A DNA stretch of 64,000 bases from Bugula neritina (taxonomy: Eukaryota > Animalia > Bryozoa), in assembly GCA_964035545.1 (NCBI GenBank), contig OZ037766.1, positions 14,746,722 to 14,810,721 of the forward strand, given 5' to 3'. Position numbers and translations under genes: made by a program. Each line of letters starts with the position of its first letter. Position 1 is the stretch's first letter. This document shows positions 41,101-55,964 of this stretch, piece by piece. Under the pieces are notes generated by a model. That model was not told where the DNA came from and searched no databases. It saw only the letters and a program-made list of their open reading frames with translations.

Positions 41101-44100
41101 GCTTGCAAACTATTTAATTATATAGTACAGTGTTGAGCAATTCACTGTGTGTGTTAGCAATAATACATTCTAACTCAGTATTTAAAGTGTAATAAAATAT
41201 ATTCCATATTCAAACAGGAGGTTGTTTTAACTGATTAATTATATGCCATTTGTTAAAATAATATACCTAGCTGTAAACTGTAATATTTCATGTACTCAGC
41301 ACTTAACTAAAGCATATTTTTGTTGCCTTATAGAAAGTAATTACGGCGTATTACAGAAATATTAATTTAATTGTTGCAGTATATCTTACAAGCATATATC
41401 ACGTAACTCACCTGTGGTAATGGTGACGGAGTGATTCCACACGGTGAGTAACATCCTAAAACAGATGGGGTTAAGTCTCTTATATCAGGAGTTATACACT
41501 CTGTACAACTTCTTCCACAAATTGTAGGAGTTGTTCCTCGAGACATCTCGGGCATCGGAGTTGTCCCACATAACGAGCTGTCCCAAGGAGAAGGTGTGAA
41601 ACTCTTAGAAGGTGTCTCTACTGTAACCAATGGTACACATTCACCCTGGTAGGTCTCCGACCTGCATCAATTTAGATAGAAAACACATAATAAAGTTTGA
41701 AGTTACTAATATAATTAATTACAAAGCAATTTTCCTTTAAACTAAGAAATGTAGCATGCTACATTTTTTAGTTTAAAGCAAAATTATGGTAGCTAAAAAA
41801 ACTCTTTATTCTACACTAAACTCACAGATCTTTTTTACTGTTTACTTGAATTTAAATAAAAGATAAATAGATAAAGTTAAATTGTTAGATCAAAGCCTTT
41901 TTTTCAGAAGCATTTGCTGATTTATTATCAAGACACGAAGGCTGGTTACTTACAGATTACAAGCTGCCAACTCTGAACACTCGTCTGGCTCCTCAACCAA
42001 GAAAGAGACTTCTAGAAAATTATTATGTAACTTTCAATATTTTGCTAAATGAACATTCAAATCAAAACTTGTTTCATTCACTGTTTTAGTGTGCATTAGT
42101 TTAGATAAAACTTTAAATATTGGTTTAAGTACGCAGGCTGCAAGGGCGATTCCGGATTTCCTACGCATACAGGTGACTGTAGCCTAGCAGTATATAAAAA
42201 TAAAGCAATAAGCAGACTATCATGTGCAAGTTTGGTGATCTTGAATAAGATGCCTGTTGTCTTACACATGTATGTAACTGTCAAAGATTAGTATGTTCAA
42301 TCAGCACTCCAAACCAAAACAAGAATTAAAACCACATTAAAATTTCTCATCTCTGAATTTGTAACCATTACCCTCACTCTACCTGCAGTACCAGTTTTAG
42401 TTACAATAGTTATTTGTTTGACTAAAGTATACTGTCACCTTTCTGTGTGTTTTGGTTATCAAGGTCTTGGTCAGTTGGTAGTTCAGCCATTATCTGTAAA
42501 AATTCACAAACTTTTGAAAATCTATGCACAACACATTCATTCTTGGGATACCTGCATGCTCGGTGTACATGCACTAAGAGTATCTAAAGTTTTACTTACA
42601 CTGAAGTGCAATCTATTTGCATCCGTACTTGGCTGAGGAGATGAGACTGGCTTATATTGTTTGATCTCAGTTTTCTTTATGGTCTGCTCCAGCACATGCC
42701 CAGAAGGAGTTTCTACTGTTCGAATTGACAGCTGCGATATACTCTCTGTAGCTTGCATGGGAATGCCTTGACTGCTCATCTCAATATCCGTAGAATACTC
42801 TGATGTTTGCATCAGAGACGGTGACTTGCTGTCAACTGAGCTCATAAGAAGTGATGGAGTTTGTGGTTGTTCAGCGATAGTCTGGAAAGGAGAGGCTATT
42901 GATGAAGCTACCTTTTTTTTAGTAGTGCTGTGCTTAGAAGAAGTATGAGAAGGCATTTGTAACATGGATGCCGGAGACTTTTGGACTGAAGATCTCGGTG
43001 ACGTAAAGGCAGATGTGGGAATGTTTGGTAAGTAATTGTCTAGTTGAACAGATGTCCGCGGTGTGTTATATGGACTTTTTCTTGAACTCTTCCTATTTGC
43101 TTCTAGCATGTTAGAGTTGGGATTTCTAGAGCTAGTAGAATCAGCAGCAGAATGTAATAATATATTTTGAATCGGTGACGGGGTTTGCAAAGAAATTCTT
43201 GGAGTTCTAACTTCAGCTGGCTGATAGCTTGCTCTGTGTGCAGATGACCGAGAAACTGTTGAAGGTCTGTTAGATATAGGAACAGATTGTTGCATCAAGT
43301 GAGGGGAGATTAATGCACGCTGTACAGATGTGCTTGGTGAATGTTCTTTTTTCTTTGGGGTTGAGCTTTGTCTATATTGCAATGAGTTTGGCAAACTCTG
43401 TCTATTTGTTAATTTTTGAGCCGGCAACTTTGATTTACCAACTTCTCTGATGTCAGAATTATGTCGGCCAATCATGACCTTGTTTACAGGAGCTGGCTCC
43501 TCTGGCCATGAAGATAGGTCTGGTATTATCGGTGACGGCAACTTTACTGGAGTTTGAGTTAAAAGCTTCCCTTTGTAGTACTCATTCTGAAGTTTCAAGC
43601 TGTCTGCAAGTTGAATAGTAAAATTATTGTTTTAAATTAATTCTATTATTAACGATGCATTAATATATGCTAAATTACAGGTGTTGTGATATGTTGGTGT
43701 GAAAACTTAATAAGTCGAGAACAAATTTTTCCTGGATTCTATGCAAAAGCATTATACTGTTTTTCCTTTACTAGTGCTAACTTGTAATCAATGAACCATA
43801 ACCCTTTCTACTCAAATTTTTTTTTCTATTTTAGTAATAAAAAGGTGAAAATGAGTGCATGAGTGACCTCAGTTCGGTATATAAAGTTAATTCCCAAGTA
43901 GAAACGCAATTAGATGTTTAACATTGATGTGCTAAAGCCTATAGGTGATGTGCATAGGAACATGCTACCAATTCCTAAAACATAGTCTTACAATGAATAC
44001 ATACTTATTAGTAATAGTCATTGCAACATTGTGATAACCTCCAAGTTTTACATTCTGTTTGTATTACCAGCTATCTAAAAGCTGAGGCACTAATTCCATT

Positions 44101-44292
44101 ATGTGCATATTTGCTGATACCTTTGGCATCACTTAGCCTCTGTTCCTTCAGTGAGCGTCTGCGTGTACTAGCTGGATAGCTTTGTTGACGCCGGCGTGCC
44201 TTAACATAGTCTCCTGTTCCTTCCAATGGTTCTGGCAATGTGTAGGGTATAGTAACTCCCCGATATCCATCTTGAGAGGGGCCACAACCCAT
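38172..44292 (-). CDS. Uncharacterised ~750-aa protein with N-terminal MGC acylation motif, long Ser/Pro-rich disordered region and Cys-containing C-terminal part
   Basis: Exons 44292-44121 (MGCGPSQDG...), 43603-42552, ~42493-42439, ~42011-41953, ~41661-41412, ~41030-40987, ~40631-40446, ~39381-39175, ~38735-38556 and 38216-38172 (VYRMRGKHDPVECA*), joined in frame with GT-AG sites. Confidence 0.75.
38461..38569 (-). repeat. 22-bp tandem repeat x 5 that spans an exon/intron donor junction
   Basis: Minus-strand unit ACAT(C/T)AG(C/T)CCAAC(G/A)|GTAAGTG(C/T). Confidence 0.88.
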
Positions 44293-44608
44293 GGTATTCA
44301 CAGCATGACACTTTGTTTCAATAAAATGTTGAAAGTTATGTGGCCATGCTGTTGAAAATTCTAGTTTTTTCAATAAAGACTTGGTGATGTCATTGTTTTA
44401 TGTGAAGTCAATAATTTGTTGATTTTACATATAATATTCTTTATCCATTATTCAACAATATAATATTTTCCAAATTATGATCAAGTTGTAGTTTATACTT
44501 ATAACACTGCAAATTTCTTTAGCTCCAACACACAATACGTGCAGTCACTTCAATCATTGTAAAGCCCTCTTGAGTCTTGCAGGTAGCCATTTTAAGTAAC
44601 CAAATATA

Positions 44609-45915
44609 GGGGTAACGGGGGGGGGGGGGGGGGGGGGCACAACGGTCATAGGGGTACAAAAAGCCGGCCAAATTGTGAGAGAACTTATTAACTTAGAGTT
44701 GTGATTTTTTTTTCTTAAAAAGATATTGACATAATTATTCAGCTTTTGTAGTTTCAACACTTGCGGAACATACGTGTTGAAAAGGCGAGTAAAAAACTGT
44801 TTTTGCCTACTTTTTGTAAATTTTTTAGGACGTCGTTAAAGCCTCATAACTTTTTACACTCAAAGACAAGAAGCCTAGATTTTACTAATATTGTTGCCAT
44901 TGCTTGTCTCTACAATGCTTAACTAGTATAACAGCAAACACTGAAATAAATTTTCCTTGAGGCACATTTATTTTCGATTTGGCCACACGGGGCACAATGG
45001 GCCACGCTGACCGGGGCACAATGGGCCACCTGATTATTGCACCCTGATCACTGTTATTAGTTTGTTTGCCTAAAAAGTTGGTTGAACTGTTACTAAAATC
45101 TATAGATATAGCCATTTCTAACCTTTTTGTAAAATATCAAAGACATCATGGTAAGACTACAAAACTACAAGTTGAAGCTCCCCTAATATATACATCTGGT
45201 GAGGTTAAAGCTTTGCAATTTTATACATAATACAAAACACTCTGCTGTTGCTACTGGTAGATAGTCATGATAATCATTATATATTACACCATTGAGGGAA
45301 TATACATGTATTTGACTGAAATAAATTGTGATTTGCTCATTTGCTTCCCCTCTCCCCTCCGTACTCCAGTCACAAACCTCCGCCATGCATGCACCTTAGC
45401 TACAGTTCATAGAAAAGTCTACTCGGATTTTCGTAGTACACGTTACTAAAGTTTTTTTTTGATAAGTGAAAATAACAGAACATTTTAGTTCTAAACAGTA
45501 ATGATAATGGCACTGCAGAGCCGAGTGGCGTGCGTTTGATTTTGCCTTCCTCCGCTAACCGTAGTAACACAAACTGTACAGCTAAAACATGAATTTTGCT
45601 GCAGATCTGAAAGAGAATCTTTATTTATTTGTAATATTAAATAAATAAAGATCAGATGTAACAAAATATACGCAAAATTTCAATATATTTGTTGTGTCCC
45701 ATTGTACCCCGGTACCGGGGCACAATGGGCCGATTTTTTTGTCGTGAACATTTCATTATTCTGAAAGTTGTGAGAGAGATAGAAACAACAAACTGATACC
45801 TGTAATAGACAACATATACAGCATTAAGACTAGAGATTATTGAACTAGTAACTTGAAAAACAGACGAATGAGAGCAACAAATGCAAAGTTCGGCCCGTTG
45901 TGCCCCCGTTACCCC
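44609..45915. mobile_element. Non-autonomous TA-TSD TIR DNA transposon, copy 2 (inverted relative to 7684-9001)
   Basis: TA|GGGGTAAC(G)21CACAACGG ... CCGTTGTGCCCCCGTTACCCC|TA. Colinear with the reverse complement of copy 1, with scattered substitutions and indels. Confidence 0.9.
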
Positions 45916-46352
45916 TAATGGTATTTGCTTAAATTTTGTTCCAGTATCAACGTTATTTCTTCAAAAAGGCATAGACACAAACTGTCATGTTTTATTATAT
46001 ATTTTATTTGTTGGGAATGAATTAGATGTTGGGGCATGTAATGAACTCAGTCTAAAAAACGAGGCATTTACATTGTGTACTAAACAGTTGAGATATTCAC
46101 CCACTAGCTTGCCTGGTGGTGACAGCTTGGTGATAAATATCTATACACAAGTAAAAATAAAACCTTAACAATGGATAAAAATTATGCATTATCTAGCTAA
46201 CAAAGAATATAAATAAAAACATCATATGCCAAAATCATTCAGCAGTACCTTCCATCAATATTAAATATAAACATATTGCTGCCATACAAGTGCCTAAGAT
46301 GACTAACAGCTTGTACGCTGAGTATACTTTTTATCCTATTATACACATAAGA

Positions 46353-49300
46353 TTACAACTCAATGTGCTTGTTGTTATCGGTTTCCTCAACTTCTTCAGT
46401 CTAAAATAATACACACTTAGTATAACCTATGGATAGGCATAACTGGTATAAGCACATGAGTATAAGGGAAATAAATTCCAGGTTGTGATGAATTAAAAGC
46501 CAATCAGGAGATGTATTATTTTGGGTGAATCAATAAACAATCAATAGATTTAGAGTGCACTGCGAATCAAATTTTAGCAACTTTAAATTACCTCAAAATG
46601 TTCAAACTCTGTAAGCTAAGAAATACAAGATATGATGACATACAATAATTATATGTAAAGATAAGAACACAATTTAAAAAGTAAATAATATGAAGAATGG
46701 GTTAATAAACACTGCTGTACTTGATGGACACATTCATGCTTTTAGAGATTGCATTTTCAACATTAAAAGCAACCTGCACCAACTATCATTGCTTGACCCT
46801 GTTGAAACATAAAATTTCTTCTAATATTAGATGTTGTTAGAAAGCTAGTTATGAGTGTAGCTGGTTCGACTATGAAATATTATTATAATCAAGTAGCCAA
46901 AAGAATTTTTTTAATATTATTCAGTGGTGAAAGAAACACTGTGCATTGTGTTATAGAAAGAATAAGAGCTTTCAACCCTTTAGACAGAGTAGCTGGAATT
47001 CTTTCTATCATATGTTTAGTACAGTTTTATCACAACAGGTTAAAATAAAAAAGGTTTAGTCTTGATAAGTAGGCTACAGTTTAGACACAGAAAAGACCTG
47101 GTGAAAGCACACATCCACAAACTAAGATATTATATTGCAAACACAAAACACAGCACCTAATAACAGAAAGTAGCACACAGAATAGGTATCCAAATATTAA
47201 GGCTTGTTAATAACAGAAGCAAAACAAATAGAAAACAAACTTGAATTGGTTCAACATAAAAAATATGTTTTGCACTCGAGCAGAGTTGGGGTAATTTGTA
47301 ATTGGTTGTAATTAAAATACATTTTCTCAAGTAAGTGAATGTAATTTGTAATTGATGCATAAAAATGTAATTGTAATTGTAATTAATTACATATCTAATG
47401 TAATTGATTTTTGCAATTACTTTATAATTACATGTAAATTACTTCAATTTTTCAACTTTTAAAAATTTCATGTTTTTCCTACCATACTGTCTAATAAAAA
47501 GTTCAGATTAAGTAAATGTAGTATTGTATCACCCTATTCATCACTGTTGATAACAAAGAAGGTTCCCCACTGTCAAAATTGCCCTATTTAGTTGGACCCT
47601 AAGAGTGAGATGGTATAACTATTTTTAGAACAAAAGTAATTTTAATTGTAATTAATTACATTCATTTTAACTGTAATTATAATTGTAATTGACAAATTTT
47701 CATGAAATTAAAATTAATTACATTCATTTGTAATGGACCCCAACCCTGCACTCTAGAAAACTTGACCCAAAAATCCAAACCAAAGAAAGCAAATAAAACA
47801 AGCAAGGTCAACATTCAAACTAAAGAAAGAAAACAAAACAAGCATGGTTAGGAGCCAAACTGAAAGGCAAAAAAGCTGATGCTAGCAGTGAGTGTAGCAA
47901 GAACAGTGATTAACAAAGAGAAAGTGAAACAAATTTGAGCTTCTGGCCAACACAAGTACCGTTTCACTAGCATCATCGTCACTACCCTCCTCTTCTTCGT
48001 CATATTCCTCGTCGTCATCTTCTTCACCGCTGTCTTTAAGCATCTTTTCATCTTCCTCAGCTTGCTGCCTCAACTAAACATTCCACTTCTCAATAAATCA
48101 ACCACTTGTTGTAAAGTGTCAACAGGAAAACACAACACTATGAGTGATCAAAGGAAGGTGAATGAAAATTCTTTAGAAAGGAAATGAATTCAATTGCATT
48201 AAAGGTGAGAAACAGCGAGAAATGGTGATAAAACTAAAGACTGAAAGGTGGCAGTACTGATGAAAGAGGGAGAGATAAAGCTAAGAACTGGCAGGAGTAG
48301 TACAGTGCACCTGTGAGCACCTTCACTGAGGATTCACTTATAGTATGGGAATACTTTAGACAGCGTACCTCTTCCTCAGTAGGACCTCTGCCATCCACAC
48401 CACCAGAGTCTAAAAACTTCACAAACCCTTCCAAAGTTCTGTCTCCCTGATAATCCACAATCTGTGAAGTAAAGTTACATTCTAATTAAACATAAAGTGC
48501 ACATGTTACACAGAATGTACATGTTTCATAGAAGGTACATGTTACAACAATGTGCAAATTTGCAGCCAGACAAGTGACTGATAAAAGTTGGCATTGAATT
48601 AATTAAATTACTTCTGCTAGTAATATATTATACAGACAATAGAACAATTCTGTGTTAAGAGTTAACAAAATTAAATTATTTGAACATATTGCGTTCCAGT
48701 GTACATTCATTTTAATTATCTGTAAGTAGTTATGTTTTCAGAGTATTTATTGATGATAATTATCATATTTTTATAGTATTATAATAAAACATCAATTATT
48801 TCTCTCTAAATTTAAGTGGCCATTTATTTATAGCATTTATAAGTAAAGAGGATGTGCTGAAAGATTAAAACGTAGAGACTCATGTCTTGATTATGTAACT
48901 ATATTAGGCAGAACCTTACAAATCCTTATTTATTATAGATCCACAAATGCTGCAGCAAACTATTGCTACGATGCTTAATCCTGAATAAAAGTATAATACA
49001 TGAGAATAAAACTTGGTTGAGCATTAAAATTCTTTGATCATATTCAATGACAAATAGCTAACAGCCACGTAGGGCATAGCTTGTCCAGCATAAATACAAG
49101 CTTTAGCAGCAATCATGTGGGCTGGAGGCTTGCCTGCTGGTATCATGGAGGTACTTGCTGTGGTGCCATCAGCTTTATTGTTGCAGCTTACATAAACAAA
49201 CAAAGCTAATAATTTCTGTACCACCCTACCACGGAGATAAACTATAATGCACGACACCTCAGCATTATTATGATATCTTGAAGCTCTCTTTGGCTAGAAA

Positions 49301-52300
49301 ATCAGCAGATTAAAACTCAAAACAGTGGCTGCTAATATATATTTATATCAAACTTTGAAGATAAATGTATTCTAAACAACTGAATAAAAAAACACAGTTT
49401 AGGTTACTTAGAATATTTCTAAACCTACATACTGCTGTTGAACATTGACTGCATTAAAGTTGTATTCAACTTGTATTCAAATAGTTCCTATGCATACATA
49501 CATGCATGTTGCACCTAATGCTATGATACTTAACCCTACCTCTTCACTGTCAGCTGGGAAATATTTTATGGTGGGAAAACTCTCTATTTGGACGGCTTCA
49601 ATCTCATTGGCTGTGGAATCCATTTTAGCAATCACAATGTTTTCATGGTCAGCGTACTTTTCCCCTAGTTTTTCCCAGATGGGTTCTAAGCTTTTGCAAT
49701 GTCCACACCATGGGGCATCTGTATAAAAAGAGTTATATCATTTACATGTACCTAAGCTGATATGTACTCAAAGAAAACATGATATAATAGTAAACCATAT
49801 AATTTGAATAAGTTGATTGCGAAAGGATGCCAGCTAGCAGCTATTAATTTAGGTGACACAATAACCATTATATTCAAGGCAAGTGACAACATGTTTCAGC
49901 ATGTAAGTGAAGTGAAAAATCCAGACATTTTTAACCAAGGAGTTTACCAATTTAAGGAGAGTACAACTGAATTTGATTACATAGATCTAGAGCTACACTA
50001 TAAAGTTTACAGAAAACTTTTAAGTAAGCATCAAGTCTTTGAAATAAAACTTTATAAAACACTTACAAAATTCAACTAATACATTTTTCTTCTTGTCCAA
50101 AGCAACTTCATCAAAGGTTTTGGCTACAAGAACTTTCACGGGCTTTTTGTCCCAGCCTTCTGGGATATCTTGGCTCAACAAGAAAGGTTTCAGTTTTCCA
50201 CCCAAAAACTCGGTGACAAATTTACCGATGTTTTCTTGAGTGAGGTCAGCTGACTCGGGCTTATATTTGCGCATTTCCTACAGAATACAGTCGCATGTCA
50301 AGCAGGGCTCGCAAACAAATATATAACCTGTGGAATTTTTCCTTAAACTATGCTATTACAACATGCATACCATTCAACCAGAACTTAGTGTACTGTAGAT
50401 TTTCAGTGAACATACTATCTTGTAGGTAATTGCCACCAATAGTTATATAAAATCCTTCTGTCACCTATCAATTTTTTGAAAGGTTTAAAACTTACTGACA
50501 AACATAATGTTTAGCACATTGTAAAAGTACTATAGAAACAGAAGAGAAAAATCCCTATAAGAAGAATCATCCAGATATATAGATAATGCATCTATAGCAA
50601 TTCTTTTCTTCAACATGGTACACATATTTCTATGCTAGGCAGATGCAATAAGGTTCAAGCTTTCCAATGATACAGAAAGGCGCTAGATAGTTGAAGAACT
50701 TTAATACTAAAATATGACCAGCAATAATTCACAATGGAGCAACGGATTGACACAATCTTGATGTGAATCACCACAAATTTGTCTTCCATAACTCGACTAA
50801 CCTCGGATAAATCTATAATCCTGAGAGTTGGTGTATCTTCTTCTTTGAGTCCAAAGAATTCCAGAATTCTAATATTTTCTTCAACATCAACGTCCATGAA
50901 TACAAACATCATCTGTAGAGAAAGTTTATATGCAGACATGTGTATGTTGTAGTGCCTTGTTAAGTCAAATTAGAATAATTCAATACCTTGAATTATTACT
51001 TATACAAACCTTAGATTTACTGTGCAGTTAGTTTTCATTGTAGCTGGTAAATGCATGAACTGTTTAAATTGTTTTACAGCACATTAGATGAAGTTACATA
51101 AAAATGAAAATTACGCAAAGTAAAAATCCTATATTTCACATAAACTATTGGAGTAATGTATATGGGTATAAGCAGCTAGCAAAGTTGTCTTACCTTTCCT
51201 TTGTGCTCTTTGGCAACTTTTCTTAGAGTTTCCATGGTGCTTTCATACAAATCAGATGATTTCTTCATAAACATGAGGAGATGATGTTGAATAGAGCCAC
51301 CAAACACTTCATCAGCATTCTAGAACATACCGGAAATGATTTACCTGATGTGCGAAACATTCCTACCAAAATACTATCATTTTCATCTAAAGAAAACCTT
51401 GCATTACAATGAATATAAAGATGGAGATCATATTTTTCAGAAAACAAATTTATGAAGCTGAAATAGTTTACTACGAATCGGAAAAACATTAAAGCACTAT
51501 TTCAAATAGCATTCAGTGTTTAGATTACTAATAAATAGAAACGCACATCTTCGGAGAAGTGAATAACAAGTGGATGCTGATTGGCTGCAACAAACTCGGA
51601 GATAGATTTCTCTGTTAGACCCTCGGACAAATCAACTCTTTTATCATCAAAGTTTTTAAACACAACAACAGTGTCCTTCTCCACTTTGTGAGCAGCCATG
51701 AGTGCCTCGTCAGACGTGATGCCGAAATCAACAGAATCCATTACTGTGGCAGCTGCAATATATGCTTTGGCAGCATCAGAATTCTGATCCTGAAATAATG
51801 CAATCATAGTTGTAACGGTACTCATACACACACTGGTTGAACAGCTTTCCTATTCAAGTATATCTTAAATCATACTACATACAGTCATAAACAACTAAAT
51901 TATATGTTGGAACTAGTAACTAGTGTATATATAATGAGTGTATACTAGAATCAGTGTATATGCAATAATAATTGTATATATTATATGCTAATTATCACGA
52001 AAATGCAGTAATTCCTAACAGCTGGTACAAACATACTTTGAAAAAGCCAACTACACAAACATCATCAGACTCCATAAGACTATCTATATCTTTCTGTGTT
52101 GTTACTGTAGTAGTAGGTGGGCCTGTCTTCTTTTTCAGCCATTGAAGTATATCTTCAGCTTCACGTGCAGCTAACAATATTAATTGCAATGTGCCATAAT
52201 AAAACCATCAATCAACAACAGGAGGAAGAGCGGATAAGTATTAGCAAATAGAAATAAGCAATGTGTAATAGTTACACATCACTAACTACACGACTTAATA

Positions 52301-54696
52301 TGTATGCCTGCCTACGTGTCACTAGCTTCCACAAGCTTCCACGTGGTGCTAAGTTGGCAAACAAACCCTGAGGTGCACAAAATTAAGTTTTACACAATTT
52401 TCAGTGCACTGCATCGATTCAAAGTAAGTAAATATAAACTATAAATGAAGCCCTTACAGAGAAATTCATGTACACAGTAGTTATCATGATTAGCAAGGAA
52501 TCTGTATGGGCATTATTAGCAAGATCTGTATTTCACAATGACAATAACATCAACTAAAATGCTTTATACATCTTTATATAATCTACATACCATTGAATTC
52601 TATTGGAGTTCCATTTTTATAGAACTTGATGGTTGGGTAGCCAGAAACCTCAAGCTCAGAGCAAGTTGTTTCATGCACAGTACAGTCCATTTTGCCGAGT
52701 TTAATAGAAGAGCCCTCTTCAGCCAATGCTGTTGCTACTTTCACATACTCTGGAGCTAGGGCTTTGCAATGGCCGCACCAGGGAGCATCTACAGTGCAAG
52801 CCAAAAGTATTACAACACGTTGATGCCGTCATTTGACAAAAATTGCTAGAATAGAAGATAAAAGAATAAATCTGATCTAACCCTAGCATGCTCTTGCCTA
52901 ATAACCAATAAAACATACTTTTATATAACATTTTATTTTCAAGACTTGATATTCTTTGTTGTTTGTAAATTTGCACAGCTGACAAAACATTATCTGTTTT
53001 TTTCCAAGTGAAATATAATTCTGAAGACTGATTAGATCAGAAAGTAATACTAGGTGGTGTCAAAACCGAAAATTAATATGATGGGAATACTTTTAGATGA
53101 TTTAGAAAAAACTCAATTTACAAGAGTTGTCCTTCACGTTTTTTTTAAACATGGTATAAAAACTGTGGCATTTCATATTAAAAGCCACATTAAGCATACT
53201 TATTATATGCTATATTTCTTTTAAAAGATGCAGAATGAGGAAAGCATTAGCTTGGTGTATTGGTCATGATCATTTCATTTTCGGAAATCAAAACTAAAAT
53301 CCAACCTATAGCAGCATACCTGAAAACAATTTTTCTGTATTTCTACACTAGGGCACTCTTGTCAATTTTATATTATTAACCATTGGGAAACTAAATCTAT
53401 CAAGTATAAATACAGCAAAAGAATGCAAATTTTCTGTTTTATCCCAGGTATTCGTTTAATTTAAATCACACCTATTTTAGAAATTTTTGAATTTTTACAT
53501 TTTAGAATAAATAATAGATTGAAAAGAAACAGTGTTGGGTAAAATCAGCAAATCTTGAGCCTTTTAATAAAGTTAAGATAGCTCATCTGTTGTTTTATAT
53601 TCTTTTGCAAAGCCTAAAAGTTCAAATCTTGCAAAGTTTTTCAACAGGATCCAACACAAAACATATTGAAGTATATAGGCCAGCAGACTACTATTGACAG
53701 TACATTATTATGAGTATTATAATTAAAACTATGCTAAAATTCCAACAGGTTATGTCTATATAACTAATATATCTAATGACTACTATAGACATAGAATCAG
53801 CTTTAAACATTGACTCTCTTTTATTCTTTCATAACCAATACTACGTGGCAAAACTTCAACAACCACCAGTATCACTATGTGACAATACTAGATAGAATGG
53901 TTGCAATAAGCATAGCAAATTATAGTTACAGTAATTATTGAGTTAAAAAAATAGGATATTTATCCTTATTAATTGTGAAAATTTATCATCATTGTGATTT
54001 TTATGATAGTAATCATCATCTTGAAAATCATTACAGTTATTTACTATTACTACCATTATCATTATGGTTATGATTATATAAAAAATCAGACTAGGCATTA
54101 ATATTTAATAAATATAGTAAGCAACATAAACATAACTATCAGTGTGAATATCAATATGAATATCAAAATATTAAAAACAGTAACACTAAATCTAATACTA
54201 AGTAAAATACTTGTACTTATATTATAAATATAAGTATTACTTATTACTATTTATAAGTATTGGTATTACTATTGCTATTTAAATTTAATAAATAGTGTTC
54301 ACCGTCTACGATAACAATTACTAGTACAGTATTACTATTAATATTCCTATAAAGTATCACTCTAAGTATAAAATATAAAAATTATAATGAATATTAATAT
54401 AATTTTTAAAACAATCATTATAAGAAATAATTGTTAACTTAATATAAGAGTAGAAAAAGAGTAGCAATAGATAAAAGTAGGACTAAGAATCAGTATGATA
54501 CTAAATAGTAACACTGACAGCATTGCCATAAGGCATTAGTATAGGACTTACAAAATTCAGCAAGAAGATACTGATGCTCTTTGACGACATCTTTGAAGTT
54601 ATCATCTGTCAAGACAAGTACACCATCTTCCACTTCTACAGCTGCTAAATTGATTGCAGCAATGGCTGCTAGTACAGCACAAAAAAGTAGATTCAT
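46353..54696 (-). CDS. P4HB: Protein disulfide isomerase (PDIA1/P4HB-type, a-b-b'-a'-c), 11 exons
   Basis: Exons 54696-54552, 52788-52591, 52170-52037, 51789-51547, 51319-51194, 50912-50802, 50277-50067, 49718-49540, 48461-48369, 48073-47960 and 46400-46353. Signal peptide, two [10 protein letters not shown] active sites, WLKKKTGP linker, GYPTIKF/SFPTIKY motifs, acidic tail and C-terminal HIEL* ER-retention-like motif. Confidence 0.95.
47281..47748. mobile_element. hAT-type MITE in the last PDI intron
   Basis: TIRs CAGAGTTGGGG / CCCCAACCCTG. 8-bp TSD CACTCGAG (47273-47280) / CACTCTAG (47749-47756), one mismatch. Many internal GTAATT/AATTAC motifs. Confidence 0.85.
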
Positions 54697-54934
54697 TGTG
54701 TTACAATATATTTACAATTTATGATATTTTTAAATTATATATTTAATAAACACAATGAATGGAAATTAAAATGCGGATAGAAACTTTGCAAGAAAGTTAC
54801 TTCTGAACGAAGTGGAAGAGCTAAATTTTCAGACTTTAACCTTCGAACAGAAAACGTGTCATTGATTTGTCGCGTAACAACTCATTTCTATTATAGGACA
54901 ATTATAACCGTGGATATTTTTCATTCGTCAACAT

Positions 54935-55012
54935 TTGGCCAATAGGACATGTATTTAGAGTTCGAAAAACAAAAATAAATGCTATGCTCACGTGTAATGA
55001 TGCGTGGCCAAA
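54935..55012 (-). promoter_or_regulatory. Candidate PDI proximal promoter with CCAAT box and CCACG/ACGTG cores
   Basis: GGCCAAT at ~54937, CACGTG at ~54989 and GCGTGGCC (minus strand GGCCACGC) at ~55002, 240-310 bp upstream of the PDI ATG. These resemble NF-Y and ATF6/XBP1 half-elements but not a canonical ERSE spacing. Confidence 0.35.
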
Positions 55013-55964
55013 CTGCCAGTATTGAAATTACACAGTGAAATGTGATAATAGTCACATACACTTGGAGTTCTTGTAGCAATCACCGAAGAGGAAAAAAGAT
55101 TACAAATTTTCGCTTTACTAAACTTGAGCATAAATTTCATAGCTCATGTTCTACAAATGCTATACCTTTGCAAACTGGCTTATGCATTATTTTTAGAAAC
55201 TATGATTACAGGCAGTAGGTATTGTTATATTTTTCCCATTATAATGTTTAGGGTGGATCCTATATGCACTATGTCCTGTTTGATTTATAGCTCCAAACAC
55301 TTCACAGATGATATGAGAGAAAGTTTATATTTAACCCAATATATACAAGTAACAATAAAAATACATTCAAATTCTATAATACATTCACAGGTCTACTATC
55401 TATCTTCACCTACTACTCTCAACTGTCAACTATATAAAACTGTCCGGAAGCAATTTTTATTGTTTAAACTTTACATGTAATGGAACTTTAATGTACAATA
55501 ACAATTACTTTAAACAACATTTACCGTATGGCACAGTTTTTATTATTTACAAACTAGGCGTTAAGCAATGTTTTGAACTGTAACATACATTGCAAGAACA
55601 ATATAGAAGAATTATCAATTTAATAAATAAAAATGTTATCACATAACCATGACCAATCTGCTTAGAGAAATAACTAAATACATTATAAAAAGAACTAACT
55701 GAAATTAAATGCATGTTATTAAATTAACTACAATTTTACAAAAATAAAGTTAAAACATATCTTTTTACGTTGCATGCCTGTATGAAGCTTACAAATAATA
55801 CAGCTTATCATGAGCATAACATAACTGTATTTTCTTAATTTGTATACATTTAACATGCCATAGTTTGTAAGTAGAAAAGAGTTTAAACTCAACTGTGCTA
55901 TAGTCATAAAAAAGCTTTTATTAGTTGCTTTTCTCTAATGTTTACATTATCTGTACATTATTTG

